Origin: a virus
Length of the DNA: 64,000 nt
Reading direction: 5' to 3' (one strand)
IMG/VR virus record: IMGVR_UViG_3300032242_001655
Span: 32,079 to 96,078 of that record
Shown here: positions 63,792 to 64,000 of the stretch, one piece after another
Numbering within the stretch: the first letter of the stretch is position 1
Layout of the letters: each line of letters starts with the position of its first letter
The notes under the pieces: generated by a model
Databases searched by the model: none
The model's input: the letters and a program-made list of their open reading frames with translations, nothing else
Told to the model about the DNA's origin: nothing
Translations under genes and position numbers: made by a program

Positions 63792-64000
63792 CCGACGATA
63801 TTGCTTCAAGTCCTGATCGGCATACCTTCCAAAAAGAAGGGTATGTCAAACGCTGTGAGAAAGACGGCAAGTTGCCCAATCCAGCATATGTTAAGATGTA
63901 TGAGACTTGGCGAGAAGAAGAAGCAAAAGAAATTATAGATCCAGAATGGCAAAAAGACAATATGGAATACGATCTACGTAGCACCAAATGGATCTGCGAC
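63788..64000 (+). CDS. hypothetical protein, truncated by the window end
   Basis: ATGA overlap; open to the end of the window. Confidence 0.55.
   Translation, partial: MTDDIASSPDRHTFQKEGYVKRCEKDGKLPNPAYVKMYETWREEEAKEIIDPEWQKDNMEYDLRSTKWICD

Noticed and set aside
603-63987. Numerous antisense or alternate-frame ORFs nested in confident genes (e.g. 603..905, 3490..3825, 5970..6365, 14617..14907, 23782..24114, 63730..63987)
   Set aside because: They overlap better-supported genes and lack motifs or translation signals.
1-64000. Bacterial chromosome or integrated prophage interpretation
   Set aside because: Host-like genes are isolated from their usual operons and mixed with phage hypotheticals, PAAR and T4-type late motifs. 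No integrase, transposase or rRNA is present.

Overview
This 64 kb, gene-dense, AT-rich window comes from a large lytic tailed phage (T4-like or jumbo type, standard genetic code). The host is probably a betaproteobacterium, inferred from the tmRNA tag ANDEQFALAA, the Bug/TctC binding proteins and the DUF4214 protein. No capsid, terminase or polymerase genes are present, so this is an accessory or host-takeover region. It carries thyX, a PAAR-amidase fusion and a circularly permuted two-piece tmRNA. Proteostasis and translation genes include clpX, clpS, a small HSP, parvulin, bS21 and a RimK-like ligase. Metabolic genes include a plcP-agt lipid-remodelling pair, rubrerythrin/rubredoxin, heme oxygenase plus a bilin reductase, FabF, two desaturases and two glycosylation clusters. 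About 24 tRNA genes cover all 20 amino acids and are interleaved with structured non-coding elements. An AT-rich island holds seven paralogous PP-loop (SGGxDS) enzymes. The best candidate for an undescribed system is a leader-peptide attenuator in front of the tRNA array: the 42-codon leader samples 19 of 20 amino acids and overlaps an antiterminator, so it could switch on phage tRNAs when host translation stalls. Other strong candidates are a D-armless pseudoknotted tRNA-Tyr, an anticodon-less tRNA-like RNA, a RimK/acidic mini-peptide/amidohydrolase triad and the PP-loop island. All calls come from reading motifs by eye; no searches or folding programs were run.
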